Below, in pieces: positions 36,127 to 46,489 of a stretch of 64,000 nucleotides of DNA. Each line of letters starts with the position of its first letter. Positions within the stretch are counted from its first letter, which is position 1. The DNA lies in assembly GCA_013694995.1 (NCBI GenBank), contig JACDBH010000004.1, forward strand, positions 192,995-256,994, written 5' to 3'. This DNA is from Candidatus Saccharimonadota bacterium (lineage in GTDB: Bacteria > Patescibacteriota > Saccharimonadia > Saccharimonadales > JACDBH01). The notes beneath the pieces are model-generated. The model worked only from the letters and a program-made list of their open reading frames with translations. It searched no databases and was not told the origin of the DNA. The position numbers and the translations under genes are program-made.

Positions 36127-37100
36127 TGACCGCTATGCACCTGGTTGATTTAAACAGCGAGCTAAAGACCGAACCCATTCGCAAAGGTTTTGGGCGCGGC
36201 TTAAAAAAAGCTGGCGAATTAGATATTAATGTCGTTGCCGCATGCGCCGACCTGACAGATTCTACGCAAATGAGTCTATTTAAAGAAGCTTTCCCCGACA
36301 GGTTCATAGAAATTGGTGTTGCCGAGCAAAACCTTGTAACAGTTGGCTCAGGCCTTGCCGCCATGGGTAAGATTCCTTTTGTAAGTTCCTATGCAGCATT
36401 TAGCCCCGGGAGAAACTGGGAACAAATCCGTACGACAATATGCTTAAACAATCGTCCGGTTAAAATTATTGGTTCACATGCCGGAATATCAGTCGGGCCT
36501 GATGGCGCGACACACCAGATGCTTGAAGATCTTGCGATTATGCGCAGCCTGCCGAACATGGTAGTGCTTGCACCTGGCGACAGTGTTGAAGCCGAGAAAA
36601 TGACTCTTGCTATGGCAAAAGACAAGCAACCTAATTATATGCGGCTGGCTCGTGAGGCCACACCGGTTTTTACGACTGCTGATACACCATTTGAAATTGG
36701 CAAGGCCTATATGCTTCGCGAGGGGCACGATTTGACGATAATAGCGACAGGTACGATGACATATCAAGCGCTTGCGGCGGCAGAGAAACTTATAAAAGAT
36801 GGTATTGTGGCTGAGGTTATTCATGTGCCAACTATTAAACCTCTAGATAAAGAAGTTATACTCAAAAGTATTCGAAAAACCCGTGCCGTTGTTACTGCCG
36901 AAGAAGCTCAGATTATTGGTGGCTTAGGTGGTGCAATTAGCGAACTATTAGGTGAAGTACATCCAACAATAATACATCGTGTTGGCATTAAAGATCGTTT
37001 CGGCGAGTCTGGAACTCCCCAGGAACTTTTGGAACATTTCGGCTTGACTGCTAAACATATCGCAATGGCCGCACACGCAGTTATCAGCAAGAGAGTTTAA
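36123..37100 (+). CDS. transketolase, C-terminal (pyrimidine-binding) subunit
   Basis: 325 aa. GVAEQNLV, GPDGATHQMLEDLAIMRSLPNM. Start GTG 36123 or ATG 36126. Confidence 0.9.
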   Translation: MMTAMHLVDLNSELKTEPIRKGFGRGLKKAGELDINVVAACADLTDSTQMSLFKEAFPDRFIEIGVAEQNLVTVGSGLAAMGKIPFVSSYAAFSPGRNWEQIRTTICLNNRPVKIIGSHAGISVGPDGATHQMLEDLAIMRSLPNMVVLAPGDSVEAEKMTLAMAKDKQPNYMRLAREATPVFTTADTPFEIGKAYMLREGHDLTIIATGTMTYQALAAAEKLIKDGIVAEVIHVPTIKPLDKEVILKSIRKTRAVVTAEEAQIIGGLGGAISELLGEVHPTIIHRVGIKDRFGESGTPQELLEHFGLTAKHIAMAAHAVISKRV

Positions 37101-37103
37101 TAA

Positions 37104-37997
37104 TTGAACTGGCAGACTCTTATTCTGTTACATGCTTTTGTAGCTGCATTTCAAATACTGCAGTCGCGTGCTATTGCCCGTATACCTAAAGCTCGACATG
37201 CTGCTCTTTCCGTGAATGCAGTAGCTTTCACCGCACTATTTGTAATCGGGATAATGATAACACTGTTCTACGGGCCTGCTAGCATACAAGAAGTAAAAAA
37301 TTACTGGCCATTTCTTACGTTATGTGGAATATGCTTTACTGCAGGGTCGGTATTTATGTATAAAGCACTTGTTTACATGGAAAGTGCGGTAGTAAGTGTT
37401 ATAACTACTGTAACTGCTTTATTCACTCTTATTCTGGCCGGGGTTATTCTCAATGAGCGTTTAAGCCTGATGCAAATTTTAGGAGCAATGATACTAATCC
37501 CAACCATATGGTATATCTTATTGCTTGCAAGCAATGAAAAACAAGGAATTAAAATTCATAACCGTGCTTGGTTGCGTGGTCTAGGATTTGCTTTGACGGC
37601 GAGTGCAGCGTTTGCCGCAGGCTCAGTACTGGAAAAATACAGTATTAATCATGTTAGTATCTCGACATATATTATTGGAAGTTGGGGAACCCAGGTAATA
37701 ATGGCATGGGTGTTTGTCCTTTTACTTAACAAAAAATCACTACGAATATTAAATGATCCGAAAATTATGATGATGTCTGTTCGTCTTGGTGTGATTCGCT
37801 CGTTTGCTGCCGCTCTTTTTTTACTTGCAATAATTCGAAGTAATAATGTGACGCTCATGATAATTATATCTAATTTTAGAATTATAGTAGTGGCTTTACT
37901 CGCAGGTTTTTTTCTTGGTGAGCGCCAGCATTACACGCAGAAACTTGCGGCAGCTGCAGCTGCGTTCCTGGCCTTAGGCATCATATTTTGGAAATAA
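37104..37997 (+). CDS. EamA/DMT family transporter
   Basis: 297 aa, about 10 TMs in two repeats. TTG start 3 nt after the tkt stop. Confidence 0.7.
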   Translation: MNWQTLILLHAFVAAFQILQSRAIARIPKARHAALSVNAVAFTALFVIGIMITLFYGPASIQEVKNYWPFLTLCGICFTAGSVFMYKALVYMESAVVSVITTVTALFTLILAGVILNERLSLMQILGAMILIPTIWYILLLASNEKQGIKIHNRAWLRGLGFALTASAAFAAGSVLEKYSINHVSISTYIIGSWGTQVIMAWVFVLLLNKKSLRILNDPKIMMMSVRLGVIRSFAAALFLLAIIRSNNVTLMIIISNFRIIVVALLAGFFLGERQHYTQKLAAAAAAFLALGIIFWK

Positions 37998-38060
37998 AGT
38001 TGCGTATATTAGCCATAAGCTCTTACAATACAGATAACATTAGGGTGGAGAAAATGAACT

Positions 38061-38972
38061 ATGTCACAAACATTGGCTAAAATGAGATTCAACTGTGCGA
38101 AAGCACGAGAAACCGTTGAGCGTACAAAAACAGAGCATTTTGCGATCGGGGCATTTAATATAGACAACCAAGATACTCTAATAGCAATCTGTAAAGCAGC
38201 CCAAAAAACCAAAAGCCCGTTAATGGTAGAGGTCAGCCACGGCGAAGTCAAAGCGATTGGACTTCAAAATCTGCGTTGCATGGTCGATAACTATAAGCTG
38301 GAATATGGCATAGAGATGTACATAAACTTAGATCATAGTCCTGATGTCGAATCTGCTAAAAAGGGCATTGATGCGGGATTTGAATTTATTCATATAGACG
38401 TCAGCCAAGAACGGCACGACGCAAGCGTAGCCGAAATTATCGAGGCCACTAAGGAAGTTGTCAGTTATGCGAAGTTTACCGGTGCTCTCGTAGAAAGTGA
38501 GCCACATTATTTTGGTGGTAGTTCCAACGTTCACGAAGAGGCCTTTGATTACGAAGAAATTAAAAAGTCATTTTCAACTCCTGAGGATGCGAAACATTTT
38601 GTTGAAGCTACTGGTATTGATACTTTTGCGGCTGCGGTTGGTAACTTGCATGGCAGCTACCCAGTTCCTAAGCAGCTTGATTTAGAACTTTTAAGTCGTA
38701 TACGTAATGCGATTGACTGCAACATATCACTCCATGGCGGCAGTGACACACCGGGCCACTTCTTTGAGGAAGCCGTAAAAATAGGTGTTAGTAAAATTAA
38801 CGTAAATTCTGATATGCGCAGGGTCTACCGCGATACACTGGTTAAAGTACTAGAAGATAATCCTAGCGAATATGCGGTTATGAAACTGATGCCCACGGTC
38901 ATTGACGCCATAGCAGACATCGTCGAAGGTAAATTAAAAAGTTTTAACGCCGTTGGGAGAGCTGTTGTTTGA
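38061..38972 (+). CDS. fba: class II fructose-bisphosphate aldolase
   Basis: 303 aa. NLDHS, GNLHG and SLHGGS metal and substrate motifs. Confidence 0.85.
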   Translation: MSQTLAKMRFNCAKARETVERTKTEHFAIGAFNIDNQDTLIAICKAAQKTKSPLMVEVSHGEVKAIGLQNLRCMVDNYKLEYGIEMYINLDHSPDVESAKKGIDAGFEFIHIDVSQERHDASVAEIIEATKEVVSYAKFTGALVESEPHYFGGSSNVHEEAFDYEEIKKSFSTPEDAKHFVEATGIDTFAAAVGNLHGSYPVPKQLDLELLSRIRNAIDCNISLHGGSDTPGHFFEEAVKIGVSKINVNSDMRRVYRDTLVKVLEDNPSEYAVMKLMPTVIDAIADIVEGKLKSFNAVGRAVV

Positions 38973-39031
38973 AGAATATAAAAATGGCATAATGGCTACA
39001 AACATAAGCGTAAACAAAATAAGAGGGTGGA

Positions 39032-40039
39032 ATGACTACACAAGTTGATGTTTTGAGTGTCGGTGACGTCGTATCCGACGCTTTTATAAAATTACTGGAT
39101 GATAAAGCTCATACTTACGTAGATCATAACGGTGTCAAGACATTGGCCATGGAATATGGAACTAAAGTTCCATTTGAGAAGGCGGTAATCGTAGAAGGTG
39201 TCGGCAATGCTGCAAATGCGGCCGTCAGTCTAACACGTCTAGGCCTAAACTGTGGTTTTGTCACGAATGTAGGTGAGGATAAATATGGCCGCGGAATCAT
39301 CGCTGCTCTTCATGCTAACAAGATTGATACGCGTTGGGTCACCGTAAATCCTGGCAAGGTTAGTAATTATCACTACGTACTATGGTACAAAGAAGAACGA
39401 ACGATACTTATCAAGCACGAAGAGTATGATTACTCCTGGCCTAATTTGCGTAAAAAAGAAGCGCCTAAATGGATATATTTCAGCTCTATAGCCAAAAATT
39501 CGTTGGAATTCCATGATGATCTGGCTGATTGGCTTGAGGAGAATCCTGAAACTAAACTCGCTTTTCAACCGGGTACATATCAAATGAAATTTGGTGCAAA
39601 ACGTTTAAAAAAAATATACAAGAACAGTAAAATCCTGGTACTCAATAGGCAAGAAGCAGAGCTGGTTGGTGGTGGTAACGTTCACGACGTGCATGATTTA
39701 TTCAATAAGCTTCATGAATTGGGGCCGGAAATAATATGTATTACGGACGGCCCGAATGGAGCATATGCGTCAAGCCCGCAAGGCAGGTTGTTTATGCCAA
39801 TTTATCCTGATTTAGGGCCACCGGTTGAAAGGACTGGTGCTGGCGATGCTTTCGCCTCTACATTTACGGCTGCCCTGATGCGTGGCAAGTCCATCGAAGA
39901 GGCTTTAAAATGGGCTCCCATTAATTCTATGAATGTTGTACAACACGTCGGCGCCCAGGAAGGCTTGTTAACAGAAGAAGAACTTGAGGGTTATCTTAGA
40001 AAAGCTCCCGATTGGTACCATTCTAATCCTCTTAGATAA
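39032..40039 (+). CDS. PfkB-family carbohydrate kinase
   Basis: 335 aa. N-terminal GDVVSD, C-terminal TGAGDAFASTF anion hole. Substrate not assignable. Confidence 0.8.
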   Translation: MTTQVDVLSVGDVVSDAFIKLLDDKAHTYVDHNGVKTLAMEYGTKVPFEKAVIVEGVGNAANAAVSLTRLGLNCGFVTNVGEDKYGRGIIAALHANKIDTRWVTVNPGKVSNYHYVLWYKEERTILIKHEEYDYSWPNLRKKEAPKWIYFSSIAKNSLEFHDDLADWLEENPETKLAFQPGTYQMKFGAKRLKKIYKNSKILVLNRQEAELVGGGNVHDVHDLFNKLHELGPEIICITDGPNGAYASSPQGRLFMPIYPDLGPPVERTGAGDAFASTFTAALMRGKSIEEALKWAPINSMNVVQHVGAQEGLLTEEELEGYLRKAPDWYHSNPLR

Positions 40040-40144
40040 TAGTCGTTGTTTAGTTATAAATATGACAACGATAATCGCCAGATAACAGTTCTACTTAATA
40101 ATAAATAGTGCTACACTTTAAGCATAAGAGGAACGATTGTTTAA

Positions 40145-41383
40145 ATGCCACACCTCCTTTCTAGCCTGTTAGCAGCCGATGAGCCTCTTTTTAGTTTGGC
40201 AATAAGACAGCTTGAGGATTCCAGTGGCCGACCAGGTATGGATGTTCGATTAATTAGTGAAATTATAGAAAAAATTCATAAAAAATCGCGCGCTCTAGAC
40301 CTAGATACTAAGGATACAACAGGCGAAGAGCTGTATCATGCCTTACTGAATAAAATCCGTGAGCACGATTTACACCTAGTAAGACAACTTGGAGGTAACG
40401 AGCCAGATGATGTTCAAATCCTTATTCCACTTATCAAAAAAGCTGCAGAAGAATCTGACGCACCACGTTCGGCATGGGTATTAAAACGGAGTGTTGCAAA
40501 ACGAATTCTTCAGAATAATCCGCCACTAAGCGTTATGAAACAGCTCAAATATACCTCCATTGATTCTATGATTAAGCGAGAAAATCTAGCAGAAATATAC
40601 GGAGCACTGCGTTTTGCGGAAAGTCCAGCATGGCTTAAGAAATTTAATTCTAGTTATAAAAACCTGCAGCCATCTGACTTTGAAACACGCGAAATCGAAA
40701 TTATTATTATGGATAAATTACGTTGGGGTCGGATGGGAGACAGCTTTGTCAAAAAAAAGCGCCACAATATTACACATCTTAAAGAGCTTGGTGTTATCCT
40801 TATGCTTCCTACGTCAATCCAAAAGCTGCCAGGGATAGCTATTACGGCGCTGCCATTATTATTCCATTATATAAATGAGATTCGTCTGTACAGTGCATTC
40901 TTCAAGCTACAACAGGTCAAACCAGATTTCGGTAAAATCATTGCTGAGACGCTAAATGCAGATATTCGTACTGCTACTGTTATGGCCGGTACCCAAGTTC
41001 ACTGGCGTGTTATACAACGCTATTACGGCAAACTTGAAAATGAAAATCACCCAGAAATATTTGAACCGCATGTCCAGCCTGAGGATCTGCATTGGCGCCG
41101 GGCAGAAGAGTATATGTATAAGATTGATCCAGAACTAAAGTTTTGGCACGAACTTGATTATGTCGGAGCTATGGCTGGGAATAGTCCTGTCAGTTTTAAT
41201 TTAATGGATGTCAGTATTTCCTATTGTACTCAGGCACCATACGAACAACGTGCATTTTTCCATATGAGGGAGAGTCTTTGGAATGAGTTATTTATGCGCT
41301 ACATGGGTCATAAAGTACTGGAGACGCAGATTCTGCAGCAACTGGATAATAATATGATTAAGCCAGAAAAATTAAGGGTATAA
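40145..41383 (+). CDS. hypothetical protein (412 aa), no recognisable domain
   Basis: Long uninterrupted ORF with AGAGGAA SD-like sequence upstream. Soluble and helical-looking. I cannot place it in any family. Confidence 0.6.
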   Translation: MPHLLSSLLAADEPLFSLAIRQLEDSSGRPGMDVRLISEIIEKIHKKSRALDLDTKDTTGEELYHALLNKIREHDLHLVRQLGGNEPDDVQILIPLIKKAAEESDAPRSAWVLKRSVAKRILQNNPPLSVMKQLKYTSIDSMIKRENLAEIYGALRFAESPAWLKKFNSSYKNLQPSDFETREIEIIIMDKLRWGRMGDSFVKKKRHNITHLKELGVILMLPTSIQKLPGIAITALPLLFHYINEIRLYSAFFKLQQVKPDFGKIIAETLNADIRTATVMAGTQVHWRVIQRYYGKLENENHPEIFEPHVQPEDLHWRRAEEYMYKIDPELKFWHELDYVGAMAGNSPVSFNLMDVSISYCTQAPYEQRAFFHMRESLWNELFMRYMGHKVLETQILQQLDNNMIKPEKLRV

Positions 41384-41396
41384 TAAGGTAGTACAT

Positions 41397-42047
41397 ATGC
41401 AAAACAAAAATAATGATTTAAGCCATGTCTGTATGCCGCTTAGGTATTCAATATGCGTATCAGGTGCCGCTGCTGGCGATACAGTAAAAGCATCGGCCGA
41501 AATGGCCGAACGACTAGGTGCGGCAATAGCTAAACACGGTCATACCCTAACCACTGGTGCTACTATTGGTTTGCCATACCATGCTGCCAAAGGCGCAAAA
41601 ATGAATGGAGGTGAAAGTATCGGTTACTCGCCGGCCAGCAGCCTGCGCGAGCACTTGAGGAAATACCGGCTACCACATTGCCATTTTGATTTTATTAATT
41701 TCACTGGTCTTAATTATGTTGGTCGTGACCAATATCTAGTCCAGTCCAGCGATGCGGTCATAACTGTCGGCGGCCGCTTTGGTAGCCTCCATGAGTTCGT
41801 AACTGCCCTTGAAGCCGGCAAGCCATGTGGCATATTAGTAGGTAGCGGCGGCGCCGCTGATATTATTCCTGGGCTTATGGAAAGCCTCGACCCGCCGCAT
41901 AAAAGTTTGGTAATCTATGATGATAATCCTGAAAACTTGGTAAAACGGATTACTGACATCCTCGATATAGAAAACAAAGACCTAAAAAAAGATATGATGC
42001 GCGACGAACACTGGTTTATGGATGGCTCGCATAACCGAGCTGGCTGA
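41397..42047 (+). CDS. TIGR00725 / LOG-SLOG family Rossmann-fold protein
   Basis: 216 aa. ICVSGAAAG, HTLTTGATIGLPYHAAKGA, AVITVGGRFGSLHEFVTALEAGKPCGIL match the LOG/DprA-like SLOG pattern. Confidence 0.7.
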   Translation: MQNKNNDLSHVCMPLRYSICVSGAAAGDTVKASAEMAERLGAAIAKHGHTLTTGATIGLPYHAAKGAKMNGGESIGYSPASSLREHLRKYRLPHCHFDFINFTGLNYVGRDQYLVQSSDAVITVGGRFGSLHEFVTALEAGKPCGILVGSGGAADIIPGLMESLDPPHKSLVIYDDNPENLVKRITDILDIENKDLKKDMMRDEHWFMDGSHNRAG

Positions 42048-42105
42048 GGTCTTGAGTTTTGCTCCTTACAGACGTATGCTCTAGGGAGACATAAAGGGAA
42101 TCATT

Positions 42106-42735
42106 ATGAGAAATGGTCAGCAGGGATTCAGTGTAATTAAGATTATCATAGCTTTTTTGCTACTAGTCCTCATTGCTTTTATTGCGTTTAGAGTTAGTAG
42201 GGCAGATGAATCAATACGATCGGCAAATGCAGTTACTAATTTTGATGAGTGCGTAACCGCTGGCAACCCCATTATGGAAAGTTATCCAGAGCAATGTAGT
42301 ACCAATGGGCAGACCTATTTTAGACCCGATGATCCGATAAAAGATGAGCCACAGGCTGATTTGCAAATCCAAAATAACGTATTGTTTTCTGAAGTAAAAC
42401 CAGCACTGCAGGATGAAATTAAACGAGTATATAAAGAAAGAGCACCCGATTGTATGCAAGGAGACAATTTCGCGGCTGCAGTCGACGAAGACAAACTAAT
42501 TTCCAAATATACTCCCTCAGCTTTCGCGTCGGTACTCATTGGTTGTGAAGGGGGAGCTGCCGGACTTTTTGCCTATGGTGATAATAAATGGCTATTTATT
42601 GCGGCTACGCAGGATACGTATCCATGCAGCATCCTGGAAACGTATGACGTTCCACATAACTTTATCACGGGGTCTACGGACATTTTGGCTGAATGCGTCG
42701 AAGAATCTGGAATATCCCGTACCTATAAAGGATAA
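42106..42735 (+). CDS. membrane-anchored extracytoplasmic Cys-containing protein, unknown
   Basis: 209 aa. N-terminal TM ([16 protein letters not shown]). 6 Cys in the soluble part. Confidence 0.55.
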   Translation: MRNGQQGFSVIKIIIAFLLLVLIAFIAFRVSRADESIRSANAVTNFDECVTAGNPIMESYPEQCSTNGQTYFRPDDPIKDEPQADLQIQNNVLFSEVKPALQDEIKRVYKERAPDCMQGDNFAAAVDEDKLISKYTPSAFASVLIGCEGGAAGLFAYGDNKWLFIAATQDTYPCSILETYDVPHNFITGSTDILAECVEESGISRTYKG

Positions 42736-42752
42736 CTTGCTACAATATAACG

Positions 42753-44717
42753 ATGTCAAAGTTTCAACTTAAAAGTGATTATAAGCCCGAAGGTGATCAG
42801 CCTACGGCTATTGCTACGATTACTGAAAGAGTCAAAAAAGAACTTAAGGAACAAACACTCCTAGGTGTTACTGGCTCTGGTAAGACATTTACTATGGCGA
42901 ATGTGATCCAGAATATCCAGAAACCTACATTAGTACTGAGCCACAACAAGACTTTAGCCGCTCAACTATATACAGAGTTCAAAAACTTTTTTCCAGATAA
43001 CGCGGTTCATTACTTTGTGAGCTACTTCGATTACTATCAGCCGGAAGCTTATATTCCTCGCTCCGATACATATATAGAGAAAGATTCGCAGATCAATGAA
43101 GAGATTGACCGCCTGAGGCACGCTGCAACCGATGCTCTGCTCACCCGCAAAGATGTCATTATAGTTGCTTCTGTTAGTTGTATCTACGGGATTGGTTCGG
43201 TGGAAGATTACTCGGGTCTGAGTGAAGTTGTAGTTAAGGGAGAGAGGAAGTTGCGTGACAAATTCATGAGGCATTTAAGCGATATTCAATACCAACGAAA
43301 TGATATCGATTTTCATCGCTCCACTTTCCGGGTAAGGGGCGACGTTGTTGACGTTTATCCAGCTGGTGAAGAATCAGCTTACCGCGTGGATTTTTTTGGT
43401 GATACGGTCGATCGTATTACAAAAATAGATCCGCTAACTGGAGAGATAGTGGCAGAGATGGACCGGATCCAAATCTTTCCTGGTTCGCACTACGTTACGC
43501 CTTACGATAAGCTAAAGACTGCCTTGGGGCACATTCAACGCGAGCTCGACGAGCAAGTTGAGAACTTTGAAAAGCAAGGTAAGCTACTAGAAGCGCAGCG
43601 GCTCAAACAAAGGACCAAATTCGATCTTGAAATGATGGAAGAAACAGGCTTTGTAAAAGGTATTGAGAACTATTCTAGGTACCTCACCAATAGGCAGCCT
43701 GGCGAACAGCCGGCTACACTACTAGATTATTATCCAGACGACTACCTGATGTTTATTGATGAATCACATATGACCATGCCGCAGCTTCGCGGCATGTATA
43801 ATGGCGACCGTGCCCGCAAAGAAGTATTAGTGGAACATGGTTTTCGCCTGCCCTCTGCTCTTGATAACCGGCCACTGAATTTTTCTGAATTCCAGCATCA
43901 TGTCAATCAAGTTGTGTATGTCAGCGCTACACCGGCGCAATATGAGCTGGAACGCAGCCCAGAGCCAGCTGAGCAGGTTATCCGGCCCACAGGGCTACTT
44001 GATCCGCCGATTGAAGTTAGGAAGATTGAAGGCCAAATCGATGATTTAATCAGTGAAATTCGTGACACTGTCGCTAAACGTCAGCGCGTTTTGGTCACAA
44101 CTTTAACCAAGCGCATGTCTGAAGACCTAACCGAATATCTGAAGGATATTAATATCAAGGTTACTTACTTACATAGCGATGTCGATACACTAGAGCGTAC
44201 GGACATTCTACGAGACCTACGCCTGGGTATTTACGATGTCGTTGTCGGTATTAACTTGCTTCGTGAGGGATTGGATTTGCCAGAGGTTAGTTTAGTTGCG
44301 ATTTTAGATGCCGATAAAGAAGGATTCTTGCGCAGCGAACAGGCACTAATCCAGACTGTCGGACGAGCTGCCCGTCACGTTGAGGGTAGGGTGATTATGT
44401 ATGCCGATAGGGTAACTGGCAGTATGCAGCGCACTCTTGACGAAACAGACCGCCGCCGTGAGATCCAGAGAAAATACAACGATGACCATGATATAACGCC
44501 GGCCGGTATCGCCAAAGCAGTTGATAAAAGCATGAGTCCTGAAATCAGTGAAGAAGCTAAAAAGGCCAAATTGGACCTTAGGAAAATTCCTAAGGACGAA
44601 TACAACCACCTTATTAAGGATTTGACTTCGCAGATGGAACTGGCGGCGGCAAACTTACAGTTTGAGAAGGCGGCTGAGCTTCGGGATATTATTGAGGATG
44701 TAAAATCAAAGCTTTAA
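42753..44717 (+). CDS. uvrB: excinuclease ABC subunit B
   Basis: 654 aa. GVTGSGKT Walker A, beta-hairpin region, helicase motifs, C-terminal UVR domain ([11 protein letters not shown]). Confidence 0.95.
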   Translation: MSKFQLKSDYKPEGDQPTAIATITERVKKELKEQTLLGVTGSGKTFTMANVIQNIQKPTLVLSHNKTLAAQLYTEFKNFFPDNAVHYFVSYFDYYQPEAYIPRSDTYIEKDSQINEEIDRLRHAATDALLTRKDVIIVASVSCIYGIGSVEDYSGLSEVVVKGERKLRDKFMRHLSDIQYQRNDIDFHRSTFRVRGDVVDVYPAGEESAYRVDFFGDTVDRITKIDPLTGEIVAEMDRIQIFPGSHYVTPYDKLKTALGHIQRELDEQVENFEKQGKLLEAQRLKQRTKFDLEMMEETGFVKGIENYSRYLTNRQPGEQPATLLDYYPDDYLMFIDESHMTMPQLRGMYNGDRARKEVLVEHGFRLPSALDNRPLNFSEFQHHVNQVVYVSATPAQYELERSPEPAEQVIRPTGLLDPPIEVRKIEGQIDDLISEIRDTVAKRQRVLVTTLTKRMSEDLTEYLKDINIKVTYLHSDVDTLERTDILRDLRLGIYDVVVGINLLREGLDLPEVSLVAILDADKEGFLRSEQALIQTVGRAARHVEGRVIMYADRVTGSMQRTLDETDRRREIQRKYNDDHDITPAGIAKAVDKSMSPEISEEAKKAKLDLRKIPKDEYNHLIKDLTSQMELAAANLQFEKAAELRDIIEDVKSKL

Positions 44718-44774
44718 CTATTAATTAAGTCGAGGTAGAGTCATAGAATTTGAGGTGTTATAATTCAGTAACAC

Positions 44775-45068
44775 ATGGCGAAACTCACACAAGACGATAT
44801 ATTAAAATTGGCTAAGCTCGCTCGCTTGAGGTTAACTGAAACTGAAATTAATAAGTTGCAGGGTGAAATAGGTGAAATACTTGAATACGTCGAAGTGCTA
44901 CAGAATGTCGATATTAAGGGCCTTATGCCAACCTACCAGGTTACAGGTCTAACTAACATTACACGCCCTGACGAGGTGCGAGATTATGGCGCTACTCCGT
45001 CAGATTTGCTTAAAAATCTTCCTGCCAGAGAAAAAAACTATATTAAAACTAAAAGGATGATCAGGTGA
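44775..45068 (+). CDS. gatC: Asp/Glu-tRNA amidotransferase subunit C
   Basis: 97 aa. LAKLARLRLTETE...ILEYVEVLQ pattern. 4-nt overlap with gatA. Confidence 0.85.
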   Translation: MAKLTQDDILKLAKLARLRLTETEINKLQGEIGEILEYVEVLQNVDIKGLMPTYQVTGLTNITRPDEVRDYGATPSDLLKNLPAREKNYIKTKRMIR

Positions 45069-46489
45069 ACAACTGGCCTGTAATTGCTGACATTGCCAAG
45101 GATGTTGAGTCGGGTAAGGTCAAGGCAGTAGATCTTGTTAAAGAAGCACTCAAAAGAATTGAAGATGCTTCGGAATACAAAGCAGTTATCGCAAATATAA
45201 AAGTTCGATCCCTTGAACGGGCTGGTTATATTGATGAACAAGTAAGAACAGGAAAAAAAATCGGCCGACTTGCCGGCGTGCCGTTTATTGCTAAAGACAA
45301 TTATCTTGCTTTTGGAGCTGATACCACGGCAGCAAGTAATATCCTAAAGGGTTTCGATGCGCCGTACCAGGCTACAGCAATTGAAAAACTGGAGGCCGAA
45401 GGTGCTATATTGGTTGCCAAGGCAAACCTTGACGCTTTCGCGCATGGATCTAGTACAGAGAACAGCGATTACTTTACAACATTGAATCCTCATGACAAAA
45501 CCCGGGTACCAGGGGGTAGCTCGGGAGGTTCCGGTGCTGCAGTTATCTTGGGACTTGTGCCTTTCGCCTTGGGTTCAGATACCGGAGGCTCTATTCGCCT
45601 ACCGGCCAGTTTTTGCGGAGCCGTCGGTATGAAACCTACATACGGGCTTGTTTCTCGTAGTGGAGTTGTCGCCATGGCAAGTAGCCTAGATTGTATGGGG
45701 CCTTTAACCAGTAACGTAACTGACGCAGGGCTGATCCTGGATGTTATGAGTGGACGCGACCCGTTGGATAGTACAACTATTGAACGCGACTACATATCCT
45801 ACACAAAATTAGACATAGGGTTAAAGGGTAAAATTATTGGTGTTATCAAAGAGTATATGGGCGACGGGCTGGATGGAAACATCAAAGCAAATATCCAGAC
45901 AGCCATAAATAATCTGGAAACAGCTGGGGCGACCATTAAAGAAATTAGCTTGCCTAGTCTTCCACTAGCTCTAGCTGTTTACTATATAATTTGTCCAGCT
46001 GAAGTCAGCAGTAACTTGAGTCGTTATGATGGGCAGCGTTATGGCTACAGCGCTAAAGACGCCGATACCTTAGATGATTCATATGAATTAAGCCGTGAAA
46101 AGGGCTTTGGGGCAGAAGCCAAGCGTCGAATCATGATTGGCACCTACGTCTTGAGCTCAGGCTACTATGATGCCTACTATAATAAGGCACAGACCGTACG
46201 AACTAAACTTATTAATGAATTCCAAGCAGCATTTAAAGAAGTTGATTTCTTGGCTGGGCCGACTTCACCGAGTACAGCATTTAAAATCGGTGAAAATACT
46301 AGTGACCCACTTAAAATGTATTTAACAGACATAATGACAGTAGCTGCCAATCTAGTAGGTGTTCCGGCAATTAGCGTACCTTGCGGCACAAGTGATGGGC
46401 TACCGGTCGGTTTACAACTTATGGCTCCCCAGCAAAAAGACCGTGATCTATTAGGACTTGCTAAGGCATTCGAGGATTTGAACACATGA
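45065..46489 (+). CDS. gatA: Asp/Glu-tRNA amidotransferase subunit A
   Basis: 474 aa. Amidase signature GGSSGGSGAAV...GSDTGGSIRLPASFCG. Confidence 0.95.
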   Translation: MNNWPVIADIAKDVESGKVKAVDLVKEALKRIEDASEYKAVIANIKVRSLERAGYIDEQVRTGKKIGRLAGVPFIAKDNYLAFGADTTAASNILKGFDAPYQATAIEKLEAEGAILVAKANLDAFAHGSSTENSDYFTTLNPHDKTRVPGGSSGGSGAAVILGLVPFALGSDTGGSIRLPASFCGAVGMKPTYGLVSRSGVVAMASSLDCMGPLTSNVTDAGLILDVMSGRDPLDSTTIERDYISYTKLDIGLKGKIIGVIKEYMGDGLDGNIKANIQTAINNLETAGATIKEISLPSLPLALAVYYIICPAEVSSNLSRYDGQRYGYSAKDADTLDDSYELSREKGFGAEAKRRIMIGTYVLSSGYYDAYYNKAQTVRTKLINEFQAAFKEVDFLAGPTSPSTAFKIGENTSDPLKMYLTDIMTVAANLVGVPAISVPCGTSDGLPVGLQLMAPQQKDRDLLGLAKAFEDLNT

